This document shows positions 1 through 12,200 of a stretch of 64,000 nucleotides of DNA, piece by piece. The position numbers and the translations under genes are program-made. The first letter of the stretch is position 1. Every line of letters begins with the position of its first letter. The stretch comes from Nitrospirales bacterium. GTDB taxonomy: Bacteria > Nitrospirota > Nitrospiria > Nitrospirales > UBA8639. The stretch spans positions 64,001-128,000 of the forward strand of contig CBDBCZ010000019.1 in assembly GCA_965203295.1 (NCBI GenBank), in the 5' to 3' direction. The notes below the pieces were generated by a model, which did no database searches, was not told the DNA's origin, and was given only the letters and a program-made list of their open reading frames with translations.

Positions 1-669
1 ATAGGTTTATTAGACTGACTGGGTAGTTGCTGTTTATGGCAATATAGCCATTGTCTCCGATATTCCCTGCTGTATATGCTTGCACAGTTTTAATTGAGTT
101 TTTTTAACAGAAACTTTTGTGACTAGTGACTATTAAGACATTGTGGCATAAAGACTAATTTCATCAATATAGCCATTGTCTCCGATATTCCCTGCTGTAT
201 GCTTGCACAGTTTTAATTAACAGAAAATTCTGTGAGTATTAAGACATTGTGGCATAAAGATTAATTACATCACTATGTAATGTAGACTTAGAAACAAGCA
301 CAATAATTATGCATCTTAATACATTGCATGTACTGTGCATTCAATAGCAGCTAAAATGTATAATTTTCAAAAAGTGCATGGGCCTGCAAGCTTTGGTCTC
401 TTCACAGTCTTCAGCGACACTGCGCTCACACAGGCTTCGGTCTGTGCAGCGGCACTGCGTTCTGCATGGGTCTATTAGACGAGTGGGCGGATCTCGTTGT
501 ACGCGTGTCACGGGAACGACAATAGGGGTGGGGCTGGAAGTGCAACTGACGTAATCATAAACGCCCACGGATCGTCTATATAATAGTTTTGGCTCGAGCC
601 TGGCTGGCGTTCCATTCAGCGCAGCTGGTCCTTTTGGAGAGAGAGAGGACAGCGCTCGCCGATTCTAAA

Positions 670-1624
670 ATGGGGAGCTGGCTGTCGGTAAGCCCATAGA
701 TAATAATGTCTTAGCCCACTGACAGTACAAGTACCCATAGATAATGTGACTCCGGAGATTAATACTATCTATGATGTACCAAACGGGGGGGGGGGGGGGT
801 TACCAACTCGGAAAAAGATAGAGTAAAATGCTGATTTCCGTATATGAATTTTCTTTCATCTGGCCATTTAGTGGGGCAGACAACGTGCACCCGCGCCTGC
901 ACGTAAGGCTGAAGACCAGCAGCAAGAAGCGGTGGACATCCCTGTACAGGACCAACCACCAGTCAATGAACAAACCCATCCACATGGAAGAGTGCAGTAC
1001 ATGTTTGCGGAAGCACCAGTAGTGAGACTTCCTCGTGTAAGCCGATCACCACAAGCTCATGCCTTGGCACAACAGATTTTGGATGAGTACTTGGAGGTTG
1101 TGAATCAGAGAATAGCCATTAAAGATGCCCTGAAAGCCTTTACAGACCATCTTGGACTCCCTGAGGATGCGGAACTGACAGCGTGTTTAACAGCTTTGAA
1201 GGAGATGGCAGGAAGACGAGGGAAAATTCAGATTGAAAATGAGCTCGAGAGCTTGGCAATGCCACCCTTGCTAACCACTGGTGACACGGCATGGGAAAAT
1301 CTTGCCGGAGCTGGGCATTACGCTGTGACAAACTTTCAATCAGCGCTTGTTGACAGTTTCAACTTTCGTAGACAAGAGCAAGAAAAACTTAACACAGTAA
1401 GAACCAAACTGCAAGAGCTGGACAAATCATGCTATCAAAGCCAAACCCAAGAAGCTCAAGACCTGTTTGCCACTCTCAGGTGCATTCCCGAATACATTGA
1501 AGGTTTCATGGAAGAGATCAACAAGTTCCTTGAAGATGTTGAAATGGCTAAGCCTTGTCTAGAAGACCGTCCACCAACTGGACTCATCTACGTGCTAAAG
1601 CATGATGACAACTTGCCACTGTAA
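670..1624 (+). CDS. Uncharacterised ~256-aa alpha-helical/coiled-coil protein with N-terminal myristoylation motif (copy A); exons 670-687, 872-1624
   Basis: ATG GGG AGC TGG CTG TCG|gtaagc (MGSWLS) splices in phase 0 to the acceptor tttag|TGG at 872, which is in frame with the 932-1624 ORF. The product starts MGSWLSWGRQRAPAPARK (MGxxxS). A CpG-rich, TATA-like region lies upstream (~480-600). The ORF is also open in the duplicate. No family recognised. Confidence 0.7.
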
Positions 1625-2016
1625 AGTCATGACTTATTTCAAATAAGCGATTCACCTGTATGTCTTCTGCGTCCATCCCCATAAGGGAGTACACTTGTGT
1701 CATTTTTCTTAGAATTCAAGTTTTTTTTTTTCATCAAAGTGATGGTGACCACAATGTGAGAGTAGGTGCAAATTTTTTTTTCGAGACCAGGCTCCTCCAT
1801 ACATGCGCGTGGAGGTATCCAGTCTGAGAAAAAAAAAAATTGCTAAGCAATCAAAAGTCGTATAGTTGCGGCTGCATGTACATGTACAATATCATGTTTA
1901 TGTGGGTTCGCAATCTTATTAAAGGTCAAGCCTGCGCGGGGCGCGTTCTTGGGGGGTTTCCAGGGGACTTACCCTCGCCGAGACTCGCCCCCATCGATCG
2001 ATACCGTTGCAGCAAA

Positions 2017-5000
2017 ATGGCCTCGGGGAATTGGAACAGCGCGTTTCGTGACGAACTAACTTGCTCCATTTGCAAGGATCTTTTCAAAGAACCGAAGGTA
2101 CTTTGGCAGTTTGCTATTTGTATAACCGGCATTTATACGTATTAGGTAGGATTTTTGTAATTTCAGTATAAGGTCGGGAAATATAGCCGCTATATACACA
2201 TCAAATTACTTGCAATAAATTCTACCACGAAGTCTTAAACGGCTTTTGCAAATAATTGTGTGCTTCACTCTCCTCAAGTTCACGGCAAAAGCTGACTAGC
2301 TTGGTTTTTGGGCTGTTAGAGAAGACGAGTGAGCAAAGAGAGCACGGCGAGGAATAATTTTTGCACTCTTGCAATCATTTGATGCTAGAGGTAGTTGGTC
2401 TCGTGGCCGAGGCTCTACCCCCTCCTAGTGAGCTCCCCTCGCTGTAGTTTTACCTTTGTAGCAACCCTGCACTTTGCTAGTCTCGTTCCCAGACCCTCGA
2501 CGGGGCTTGTGTGGAGGGTCTGGGAACGAGACTAGCACTTAGCCTCGTTCCCAGGCACTCAAAGGGGCGCGCGCCTGGTATCCGCACTGATCGCGCATGC
2601 GCGAACATTTACGGGAAAACGTCAGTAAATGCATTCGTGAACGATCTGAAGCACATGGCAAGGAGTAGTACGGAGGTAGTATACGCTATAGTAAGCGGAA
2701 GAACTAGACAGTACCCGAGGTTCTGGGCCTTCTATGCAGTAAAAGAACCTGTAATGTTCAATTTGCTACCTCGAAAGCATCTATCCGGGTAGTACTGTGA
2801 ACTGCTTCGTGTGATCAATTTTCTATCACAGTTCTTGCTTTCGAGGCCGCGATGAGGCAAATGGGATGGAAGACTCGAACTACCGCTCGCTTTCTAGGCA
2901 GCTATCCAGTGAAAAACCATCGCTACAGGCGTAAACCTCGCTAGATTCAGCCTTGCAACACCAACTATAACACGAACTATAGTATAGCGGTAGTATCCAA
3001 GTTCCCCAGAAAAACCTGGGGAGCCGCGCATGCGCAAACAGTGGATACCAGGCCACCTTTCTCACGTGGCCTGGGTACGAGGCTACCCTGCACCAACCAT
3101 AATAATATGCATGTGACTGGTCTCCTGTTTTTATCTTCCAAAATCTGGGTCTAGTGATGATCAATATTCTTATATTCCTTATTTTAGACCTTGCCATGTC
3201 TGCACACATTCTGTGTGGTTTGTCTGGATGAGTATGCCCAAAAACGACCGCTAGATCGCGAACAAGGAGATTCAAGGGATAACCTACCATGCCCTTCGTG
3301 CAAAAAAAAATTCGCTTTGTCTCCTGAAGAACTGCCAATAAACTTCGTACTCAGGAATCTCGTGAACCATCTCAAATTAAGTGATGCAAATACAGGAGCC
3401 AGTTCTGCAGCTCAGGGCCCGGATTCTGACGAAGAGCCTTCTCGGAAGATGACGTGCTCACAGTGCGAGAAGGCCACAGCTATTACGATATGTAGAAAGT
3501 GTCGCGACTGGCTATGCCCTGTGTGTACAGATAACCACAAAAGAACGGTCAAAACTAAGGCACATTCTCTTGAGGAGATCAGCGAACAATCTCCGCTAGA
3601 AGATCCCATTGATATGCGTAAATCTCCGTACTGCGACATTTCTGGACACGAAGACAAGAAGATTGATATGTACTGCAAACGGTGCGACAAAGTCCTCTGT
3701 CTGAGTTGTGCAGTCACGGAACACAACGGCGACGCTCATGACATTGTTATGGCTTCTAAAATCGTGGGCGACTATAAGGAGAAGCTTAGACGGCTGACCG
3801 AAGTGACACGCGAGGTTCAACAGAAATCGCGGCAAGGAATAGCCGATATCGATCACACCCTGGCTAGCCTCGAAGAGACGGAGCAGGTAAGGGCACGAGA
3901 GGTACTCGAAGAGTACGGCCGACTAAAGGAGGAGCTGGACAGGCAGCGGGATCGCCTCCTTCGGAAAGTGAAGCAGATTTCCGAGAGGAAGAAAGCCCGT
4001 CTGAACGAACAGCGCGAAGAGTTGACAAGAGTGGAAGATACGCTTCAGAAAGGGATACAGCTCGCAGATGATATTCGTGAGAACTGTATACCGGTTGAGA
4101 TCATGTATTTCCAGTCACAGATGGAGGCCAGGCTGCAGGAGCTGTGTCGAGAGTACGGAGATTATCCTTACAAACCGAAAGCGAATGATATAATCGGGTT
4201 TGTGAAGAGTGATGGGCTCGAACGCATTAAAAAATCCAACACAATCGGAAGTGTTGCTGCGGAGCCTGATCCTAGCTCTTTCACAGTAGACGGCATCGAA
4301 AATGCGCACTTTATCGAAGGGAAGCAATCGAAGCTCATGGTCACCTGCCGAGACATCATTGGCAACAAGCTGAATGAACATCGAGATGAGGTGAGCGCAA
4401 CGCTTCAAAGAGTCGGTCAGGAAAATCCCATAATACCATGTGAGGTGAGAAACAACCGCAATGGGACGTACACAGTAGCCATTCAGCCTCAGACGCGCGG
4501 GCCACACCGACTGACAGTGTCTGTGAATGTCAGCGGCGAGAGTTCAGAGAGGCCACCGTATAACATCATGGTTTCGCCACCTCAGCGCAAGATCACAGAG
4601 GCAACCAATGTGATTCGGGACGACAACATGAAGAATCCTCTTGGAATTACCGTGACTCGAGATGAGTTGATTGTTGTCTCGGACATCACAGCACACTGCC
4701 TTTTCGTTTTCGACAGGGGTGGAAATTACCTGCGGCCAATTGGTAAACAGGGGAATGGGGAATTGGAATTCGAGGCTCCGCGAGGGATAGCGTGCACCCC
4801 GGCTGACAACATCATTGTAGCAGAGAAGGGCAACCATCGGCTTCAGGAGGTGACACTCGAAGGTGGGTTTGTGCGATTCTTTGGCGCAAACGAGGTCGGG
4901 AAGTGTGGAAGTGAAGTCGGGAACTTTCACTGTCCTTCGGGAGTAGCAGTCAACTCTGAAGGATTCGTATTTGCAACCGACTCGATGAATCAGCGCATCC

Positions 5001-5485
5001 AATGCTTCAAGTCGGATGGCACCTTCGTGGCAGTGTTTGGAAAATGGGGTTCTGGATTGAATAGCTTGAACGTGCCCTACGGGATCTCGATCTATAGCCA
5101 ACCACTGGTTCTTGGAGAAGGAAACCGAGAGCTGCTCTTCGTATCGGAACGTGAAGGAAATCGAGTTCAGTGTTTTGAAATGCGGGGCGGCGCGTATAAG
5201 TCGGTGGCAATGTTTGGAAGCAAAGGGCAGGACCGAGGGCATTTGAATGAACCAGTTGGCGTCTTAGTTGATTCCAATACCGGCTATTTGCTGGTCACAG
5301 AGCTGAAGAGTCATCAGGTATCGGTTTTCACAAGGAGCGGTGAGTTTGTTTACTCTTTTGGCGATAGGCAAGCGCATGCACAGTTTCGTACGCCGATGAG
5401 TGTTGCTACCCTTGGAGACTCGCACATTATTGTCACCGACTGTAAGAGTGGGTGTTTGAAGATATTTCGTAGCCTTGACATTTAG
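2017..5485 (+). CDS. TRIM-NHL E3 ubiquitin ligase (RING, 2 B-boxes, coiled coil, filamin/Ig, NHL repeats; TRIM2/3/71-type architecture), copy A, ~792 aa; exons 2017-2097, 3188-5485
   Basis: Exon 1 MASGNWNSAFRDELTCSICKDLFKEPK|gt joins ag|TLPCLHTFC...CPSC to complete a C3HC4 RING. B-boxes CSQC...CRKC...C..C..NH and YC...H...YCKRC...CLSC...EH; filamin NRNGTYTV; NHL motifs PRGIA, PSGVAV, PVGV. Confidence 0.93.
2540..3085. mobile_element. Non-autonomous TIR element (TAGCCTCG...CGAGGCTA) in the TRIM intron, with a 57-bp hairpin element at 2478-2534
   Basis: Inverted termini tagcctcgttcccagg / cctgggtacgaggcta. The equivalent at 9489-10043 is flanked by ccctgcact/ccctgcacc. Confidence 0.75.
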
Positions 5486-6635
5486 ATTATTGCAATTACC
5501 TGTTATAGTGTTAACATTATTGCAATTACCTGTTATAGTGTTAACATTATTGTCACCGACTGTAAAGTTGGTGTTTGAAGATTTTTTGTAGCCTTGACAT
5601 TAATTTTACTGTTTTTATAGTGTTAACTTAGCTACTGTTTGTATTGCTGAAAGTTTTTGATTGAATGTCATTGTTCTTGCCTGACACCAGAATGTTCTAA
5701 AGCTATGTACCAGTATAATATTATTGTTTGTATGTGGAGTGTTGGGCTGGTGTCATCTGTAATAATATTTATAATTAGTCACATCCTGTATGATTAGTTG
5801 TTGTTTCCTGCATAATTAGCCACATCCTGTATTGTTTCCTGTACATGCCTTTCGCTTCTGTAGTGTATTAAATTACTTGTGTGTACTTGGTTTCTCAGAG
5901 CCCCCCGCTGCCTGTGAGGCCCTTTTGTGTTCTATAGACTTCCTTGCTCTTTTTTTTGTCCTGTTCCCTTTTTTAATCTTGTGTTTTGTACTTGTCGTTC
6001 GGTTGGTATTTTCCAGAAAGTATTAATTTCTTCATTCAGCGAGTCCGCTCTAGTATCGTTCCTCAGAGTAGATACATACGTATTTTACATCATCCCTACA
6101 TAAGAGTCGTCTCCCTGATACTGATAATATAGGTTATCAAAACTTGTAGTGATAGGAAGAAAGTTTGGACCATATTATATAGCCAAAAGATGCCGGGACA
6201 ATTCAAGGAAAAGCCAGCTCTCCACCCACGAGTTTATTCGTAAAAACAATGGACATTGTTGCCTATCTACAGGCAGGGTTACGTTAATCACTACGTTCTA
6301 TATTATAACGATGTCATTCAAGGTACATTTATTGCATGTGCACACTGTACATGAATTGCCATCAATTCAGATGGTAAATTAAATAATATAATAAATTTTA
6401 CATGTACTACAACAAGAATAGTAATTCCGTCGCTGGCATATACAGTGATAATGTACAGTGTGTGAGTAGCTTAGAGCTTTACCACACACTTCAGACATTC
6501 GGAACTTGAGCAAAGAAAGAGATAGCATGCCAGGAACAGTGCATGCTCGGCGAGGAGAGTAAGAGAAGAAGAAATAAACATCAGCTGTACAAAATAATAA
6601 GTGGCGGACGTGTCACGTGATGGGATCACATGACA

Positions 6636-7592
6636 TCACATGATACTGCAAGAGGTGTGTTTATTCATCGGCTTGTAGCGCCCAAGGAATTCCAGCTGCC
6701 GATGATTGATGGCACCTCTTCTCTTCCTGGAATGGAATAGGACTAAGGGTCAAGTTCGGTTCCATTCTTGAGATATTTATCTACGTAGTGTTCCATTAGT
6801 AAGAACCCATGGAATCACAGGTTTCATTTGGGGGGGGGGGAGCAGGCGGTATTTGTGACCCCCCCCCCCCCCCCCCCCCCCCCCCATTCCTAGTGGCCCC
6901 TTACTAAAGGTGGGGGTAGAAGCTTTGCCAATGTAAAATTTGAGGTGTGGTGGTATTATTATCAAATACAGGACTTTTAGAGGTGAGCCCAGGAACTTTC
7001 CAAATTACTTAATTCTTTGCATACAAAGAGCAGGAATTATGCATACATCCATGTTAGGTTATATGCCTATAATCGCAGTGTGCTATAAATAAAAGCCAGC
7101 CCAAATATGCCCTACAAACACCAGAATTATTCTTGTTCTTGAAAAGATTTGGGGGCTAGGTTTTGGTCAGTGGTGCAACAAACAACACCAGAGAGACCTC
7201 AAACTCACTGCCTGATGTAGTCCACAGCATCGTGGTACTTCATACCGTACTCAATCAGGGCTATGGCGACCAGCACCGGCGCTCTACAACGAATACAGGA
7301 GATTGGCAATAAGATGGCTGCTACAGTAATGACTAAAGCAATACCATGGTATGCTAACAGTAGTGTAATTAGGATTAGGCAAGCTAACAGTATTGAGAGG
7401 ATGTCTTAAAATCTGAGATTAGCTAATTATCTTTGCAAACTTTGCCCCGGCCTTCAATCCACTGTACTAATAATGGGTGGGTGAACTATTAAAAGCAGTG
7501 GCCGACTCATCCTTGAAGGTTTCCACGATGAGCTCTAGCCACCGTTTAATGACTTCCATGGGAGGGGCCGCCCCGTCGTCAAACGGGTAGTC
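6636..7592 (-). pseudogene. Partial duplicate of PTP4A/PRL exons 3-5 lacking the catalytic HCVAGLGR segment
   Basis: Exon 5 copy (6636-6726) and exon 4 copy (7209-7283) are intact. The exon 3 copy (7502-7592) is truncated by a deletion equal to 14299-14554. No exon 1 or 2. Confidence 0.85.
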
Positions 7593-8061
7593 CTGGGTGA
7601 ACAGAGAGACACAAGCTGAACTCTAGACTCTCATAGAGAGGGTTGCAAGTTGGTTGTCCAGTTTATGTCCACAGGAGAGGGCAAATAGGGCAGTGCTCTT
7701 AAGTACTTAATTAGGTTAGGCTGTCAATCAAAGGCTAACAGTTTACACAGTCAACTTCCATTTTCCTATTTGCACTGGACAACTGTCAACCACCTGCAAA
7801 CCTCTACTGTGATGAGTACAGGAGTGCATGCAATATTGTAGCATGGCAGCCATACAAATCAAAGGCACTGCCTACAGTTTATGTAGTGTATAAGTGTTCT
7901 AACTCCTAGGGGTGTTCTAACTTCCATTTAGTGGTAGTTAGAACATGCCAATTACCATCTACCATCTATGATGTACCGAACGGGGGGGGTTACCAACTCG
8001 GAAAAAGATAGAGTAAAATGCTGATTTCCGTATATGAATTTTCTTTCATCTGGCCATTTAG

Positions 8062-8808
8062 TGGGGCAGACAACGTGCACCCGCATCTGCACGTAAGGCT
8101 GAAGACCAGCAGCAAGAAGCGGTGGACATCCCTGTACAGGACCAACCACCAGTCAATGAACAAACCCATCCACATGGAAGAGTGCAGTACATGTTTGCAA
8201 AAGCACCATTAGTGAGACTTCCTCGTGTAAGCCGATCACCACAAGCTCATGCCTTGGCACAACAGATTTTGGATGAGTACTTGGAGGTTGTGAATCAGAG
8301 AATAGCTATTAAAGATGCTCTGAAAGCCTTCACAGACCATCTTGGACTCCCTGAGGATGCAGAACTGACAGCGTGTTTAACAGCTTTGAAGGAGATGGCA
8401 GGAAGACGAGGGAAAATTCAGATTGAAAATGAGAGCTTGGCAATGCCACTCTTGCTAACCACTGGTGACACGGCATGGGAAAATCTTGCCGGAGCTGGGC
8501 ATTACGCTGTGACAAACTTTCAATCAGCGCTTGTTGACAGTTTCAACTTTCGTAGAAAAGAGCAAGAAAAACTTAACACAGTAAGAACCAAACTGCAAGA
8601 GCTGGACAAATCATGCTATCAAAGCCAAACCCAAGAAGCTCAAGACCTGTTTGCCACTCTCAGGTGCATTCCCGAATACATTGAAGGTTTCATGGAAGAG
8701 ATCAACAAGTTCCTTGAAGATGTTGAAATGGCTAAGCCTTGTCTAGAAGACCGTCCATCAACTGGACTCATCTACGTGCTAAAGCATGATGACAACTTGC
8801 CACTGTAA
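8062..8808 (+). pseudogene. Duplicate of exon 2 of the uncharacterised helical gene (copy B), lacking the ATG/MGSWLS exon and promoter
   Basis: Open frame nearly identical to 872-1624 (6-nt in-frame deletion, a few substitutions). The acceptor is kept at 8060-8061, but the duplication begins inside intron 1. Confidence 0.65.
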
Positions 8809-9205
8809 AGTCATGACTGCATAAGCGATTCACCTGTATGTCTTCTGCGTCCATCCCCATAAGGGAGTACACTTGTGTCATTTTTCTTAGAATTCAAGTT
8901 TTTTTTTCATCAAAGTGATGGTGACCACAATGCGAGAGTAGGTGCAATTTTTTTTTCTCGAGACCAGGCTCCTCCATACATGCGCGTGGAGGTATCCAGT
9001 CTGAGAAGAAAAAAAATTTGCTAAGCAATCAAAAGTCGTATAGTTGCGGCTGCATGTACATGTACAATGTCATGTTTATGTGGCAGCTACATGTAGGGTT
9101 CGCAATCTCATTAAAGGTCAAGCCTGCGCGGGGCGCGTTCTTGGGGGGGTTTCCAGGGGACTTACCCTCGCCGAGACTCGCCCCCATCGATACCGCTGCA
9201 GCAAA

Positions 9206-12200
9206 ATGGCCTCGGGGAACAGCGCGTTTCGTGACGAACTAACTTGCTTCATTTGCAAGGATCTTTTCAAAGAACCGAAGGTACTTTGGCAGTTTGCTAT
9301 TTTGTATAACCGGCATTTATACGTAGTAGGATTTTTGTAATTTCAGTATAAGGTCATGCCGCTATATACATCAAATTACTTGCAATAAATTCTATCACGA
9401 AGTCTTAAACGGCTTTTGGAAATAATTGTGTGCTTTCACTCTCCTCCGTTTAACGCGAGGGGAAGGGTCCCCCAGACTACCCTGCACTTAGCCTCGTTCC
9501 CAGGCGGCTCAAAGGGGCGCGCGCCTGTATCCGCACTGTTCGCGCATGCGCGAACATTTACGGGAAAACGTCAGTAAACGCATTCGTGAACGATCTGAAG
9601 CACATGGCAAGGAGTAGTACGGAGGTAGTATACGCTATAGTAAGCGGAAGAATTATATAGTACCCGAGGTTCTGGGCCTTCTATGCAGTAAAAGAACCTG
9701 TAATGTTTAATTTGCTAGGTTATCTTACCTCGAACGCATCTATCCAGGTAGTACTGTGAACTGCTTCGTGTGATCAATTTTCTATCACGGTTCTTGCTTT
9801 CGAGGCCGCGCTGAGGCAAATGGGATGGAAGACTCGAACTACCGCTCGCTTCTAGGCAGTTATCCAGTGAAAAACCATCGCTACAGGCGTAAACCTCGCT
9901 AGATTCAGCCTTGCAACACCAACTATAACACGAACTATAGTATAGCGGTAGTATCCAAGTTCCCCAGAAAAACCTGGGGAGCCGCACATGCGCAAACAGT
10001 GGATACCAGGCCACCTTTCTCACGTGGCCTAGGTACGAGGCTACCCTGCACCAACCACAATAATATGCATGTGACTGGTCTCCTGTTTTTATCTTCCAAA
10101 ATCTGGGTCTAGTGATGATCAATATTCTTATATTCCTTATTTTAGACCTTGCCATGTTTTCACACATTCTGTGTGGTTTGTCTGGATGAGTATGCCCAAA
10201 AACGACCGCTAGATCGCGAACAAGGAGATTCAAGGGATAACCTACCATGTCCTTCGTGCAAAAAATTTTTTGCTTTGTCTCCTAAAGACTTGCAAACGAA
10301 CTTCGTACTCAGGAACCTCGTGAACCATCTAAAATTAAGTGATGCAAATACAGGAGCCAGTTCTGCAGCTCAGGGCTCGGATTCTGACGAAGAGCCTGCT
10401 CGGAAGATAACGTGCTCACAGTGCGAGTCAGCCACAGCTATCATGATATGTAGAGAGTGTCGCGACTGGCTATGCCCTGCGTGTACAGATAACCACAGAA
10501 GAACAAGCAAAACTAAGGCACATTCTCTTGAGGAAATCGGCAGACACGCTCCGCTAGAACATTTCATCGATATGCGCAAAAGTCCGTACTGTGACATTTC
10601 TGGACACGAAGACAAGAAGATTGATATGTACTGCAAACGGTGCGACAAAGTCCTCTGTCTGAGTTGTGCAGTCACGGAACACAACGGCGACGCTCATGAC
10701 ATTGTTATGGCTTCTAAAATCGTGGGCGAGTATAAGGAGAAGCTTAGACGGCTGACCGAAGTGACACGCGAGGTTCAACAGAAATCGCGGCAAGGAATAG
10801 CAGTTATCGATCAGACCCTGGCTAGCCTCGAAGAGACGGAGCAGGTAAGGGCACGAGAGGTACTCGAAGAGTACGGCCGACTAAAGGAGGAGCTGGACAG
10901 GCAGCGGGATCGCCTCCTTCGAAAAGTGAAGCAGATTTCCGAGAGGAAGAAAGCCCGTCTGAACGAACAGCGCGAAGAGTTGACAAGAGTGGAAGATACG
11001 CTTCAGAAAGGGATACAGCTCGCAGACGATATTCGTGAGAACTGTATACCGGTTGAGATCATGTATTTCCAGTCACAAATGGAGGCCAGGCTGCAGGAGC
11101 TGCGTCGAGAGTACGGAGATTATCCTTACAAACCGAAAGCGAATGATATAATCGGGTTTGTGAAGAGTAATGGGCTCGAACGCATTAAAGAATCCAACAC
11201 GATTGGAAGTGTTTCTGCGGAGCCTGATCCTAGCTCTTTCACAGTAGACGGCATCGAAAATGCACACTTTATCGAAGGGAAGCAATCGAAGCTCATGGTC
11301 ACCTGCCGAGACATCATTGGCAACAAGCTGAATGAACATCAAGATGAGGTGAGCGCAACGCTTCAAAGAGTCGGTCAGGAAAATCCCATAATACCATGTG
11401 AGGTGAAAAACAACTGCAATGGGACGTACACGGTAGCCATTCAGCCTCAGACGCGTGGGCCACACCGACTGACAGTGTCTGTGAATGTCAGCGGCGAGAG
11501 TTCAGAGAGGCCACCGTATAACATCATGGTTTCGCCACCTCAGCGCAAGATCACAGAGGCAACCAAAGTGATTCGGGACGACAACATGCAGAATCCTCTT
11601 GGAATTACCGTGACTCGAAATGAGTTGATCGTTGTCTCGGACATCACAGCACACTGCCTTTTCGTTTTCGACAAGGTTGGAAATTGCCTGCGGCCAATTG
11701 GTAAACAGGGGAATAGGGAATTGGAATTCGAGGCTCCGCGAGGGATAGCGTGCACCCCGGCTGACAACATCATTGTAGCAGAGAAGGGCAACCATCGGCT
11801 ACAGGAGGTGACACTCGATGGTGGGTTTGTGCGATTCTTTGGCGCAAACGAGGTCGGGAAGTGTGGAAGTGAAGTCGGGAACTTTCACTGTCCTTTGGGA
11901 GTAGCAGTCAACTCCGAAGGATTCGTATTTGCAACCGACTCGATGAATCAGCGCATCCAATGCTTCAAGTCGGATGGCACCTTCGTGGCAGTGTTTGGAA
12001 AATGGGGTTCTGGATTGAATAGCTTGAACGTGCCCTACGGGATCTCGATCTATAGCCAACCACGGGTTCTTGGAGAAGGAAACAGAGAGTTACTGTTCGT
12101 ATCGGAGCGCGAAGGAAATCGAGTTCAGTGTTTTGAAATGCAGGACGGCGCGTATAAGTCGGTGGCAATGTTTGGAAGCAAAGGGCAGGACCGAGGGCAT

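Larger units (their letters stand above)
767..7954. repeat. Tandem segmental duplication, unit 1 (~7.2 kb)
   Basis: Co-linear and near-identical to 7964-15014, from atctatgatgtacc to gaacatgccaatta. Confidence 0.95.

Noticed and set aside
4115..5242. Long antisense ORFs within the TRIM genes (also 11073-12168 and 31064-33118)
   Set aside because: Shadows of the coding strand; the 4544-5242 frame is broken in copy B.
9715..10248. 177-aa minus-strand ORF (and 2880-3338) as a transposase remnant
   Set aside because: No DDE or other recognisable motif; it spans a non-autonomous element and an intron-exon boundary.
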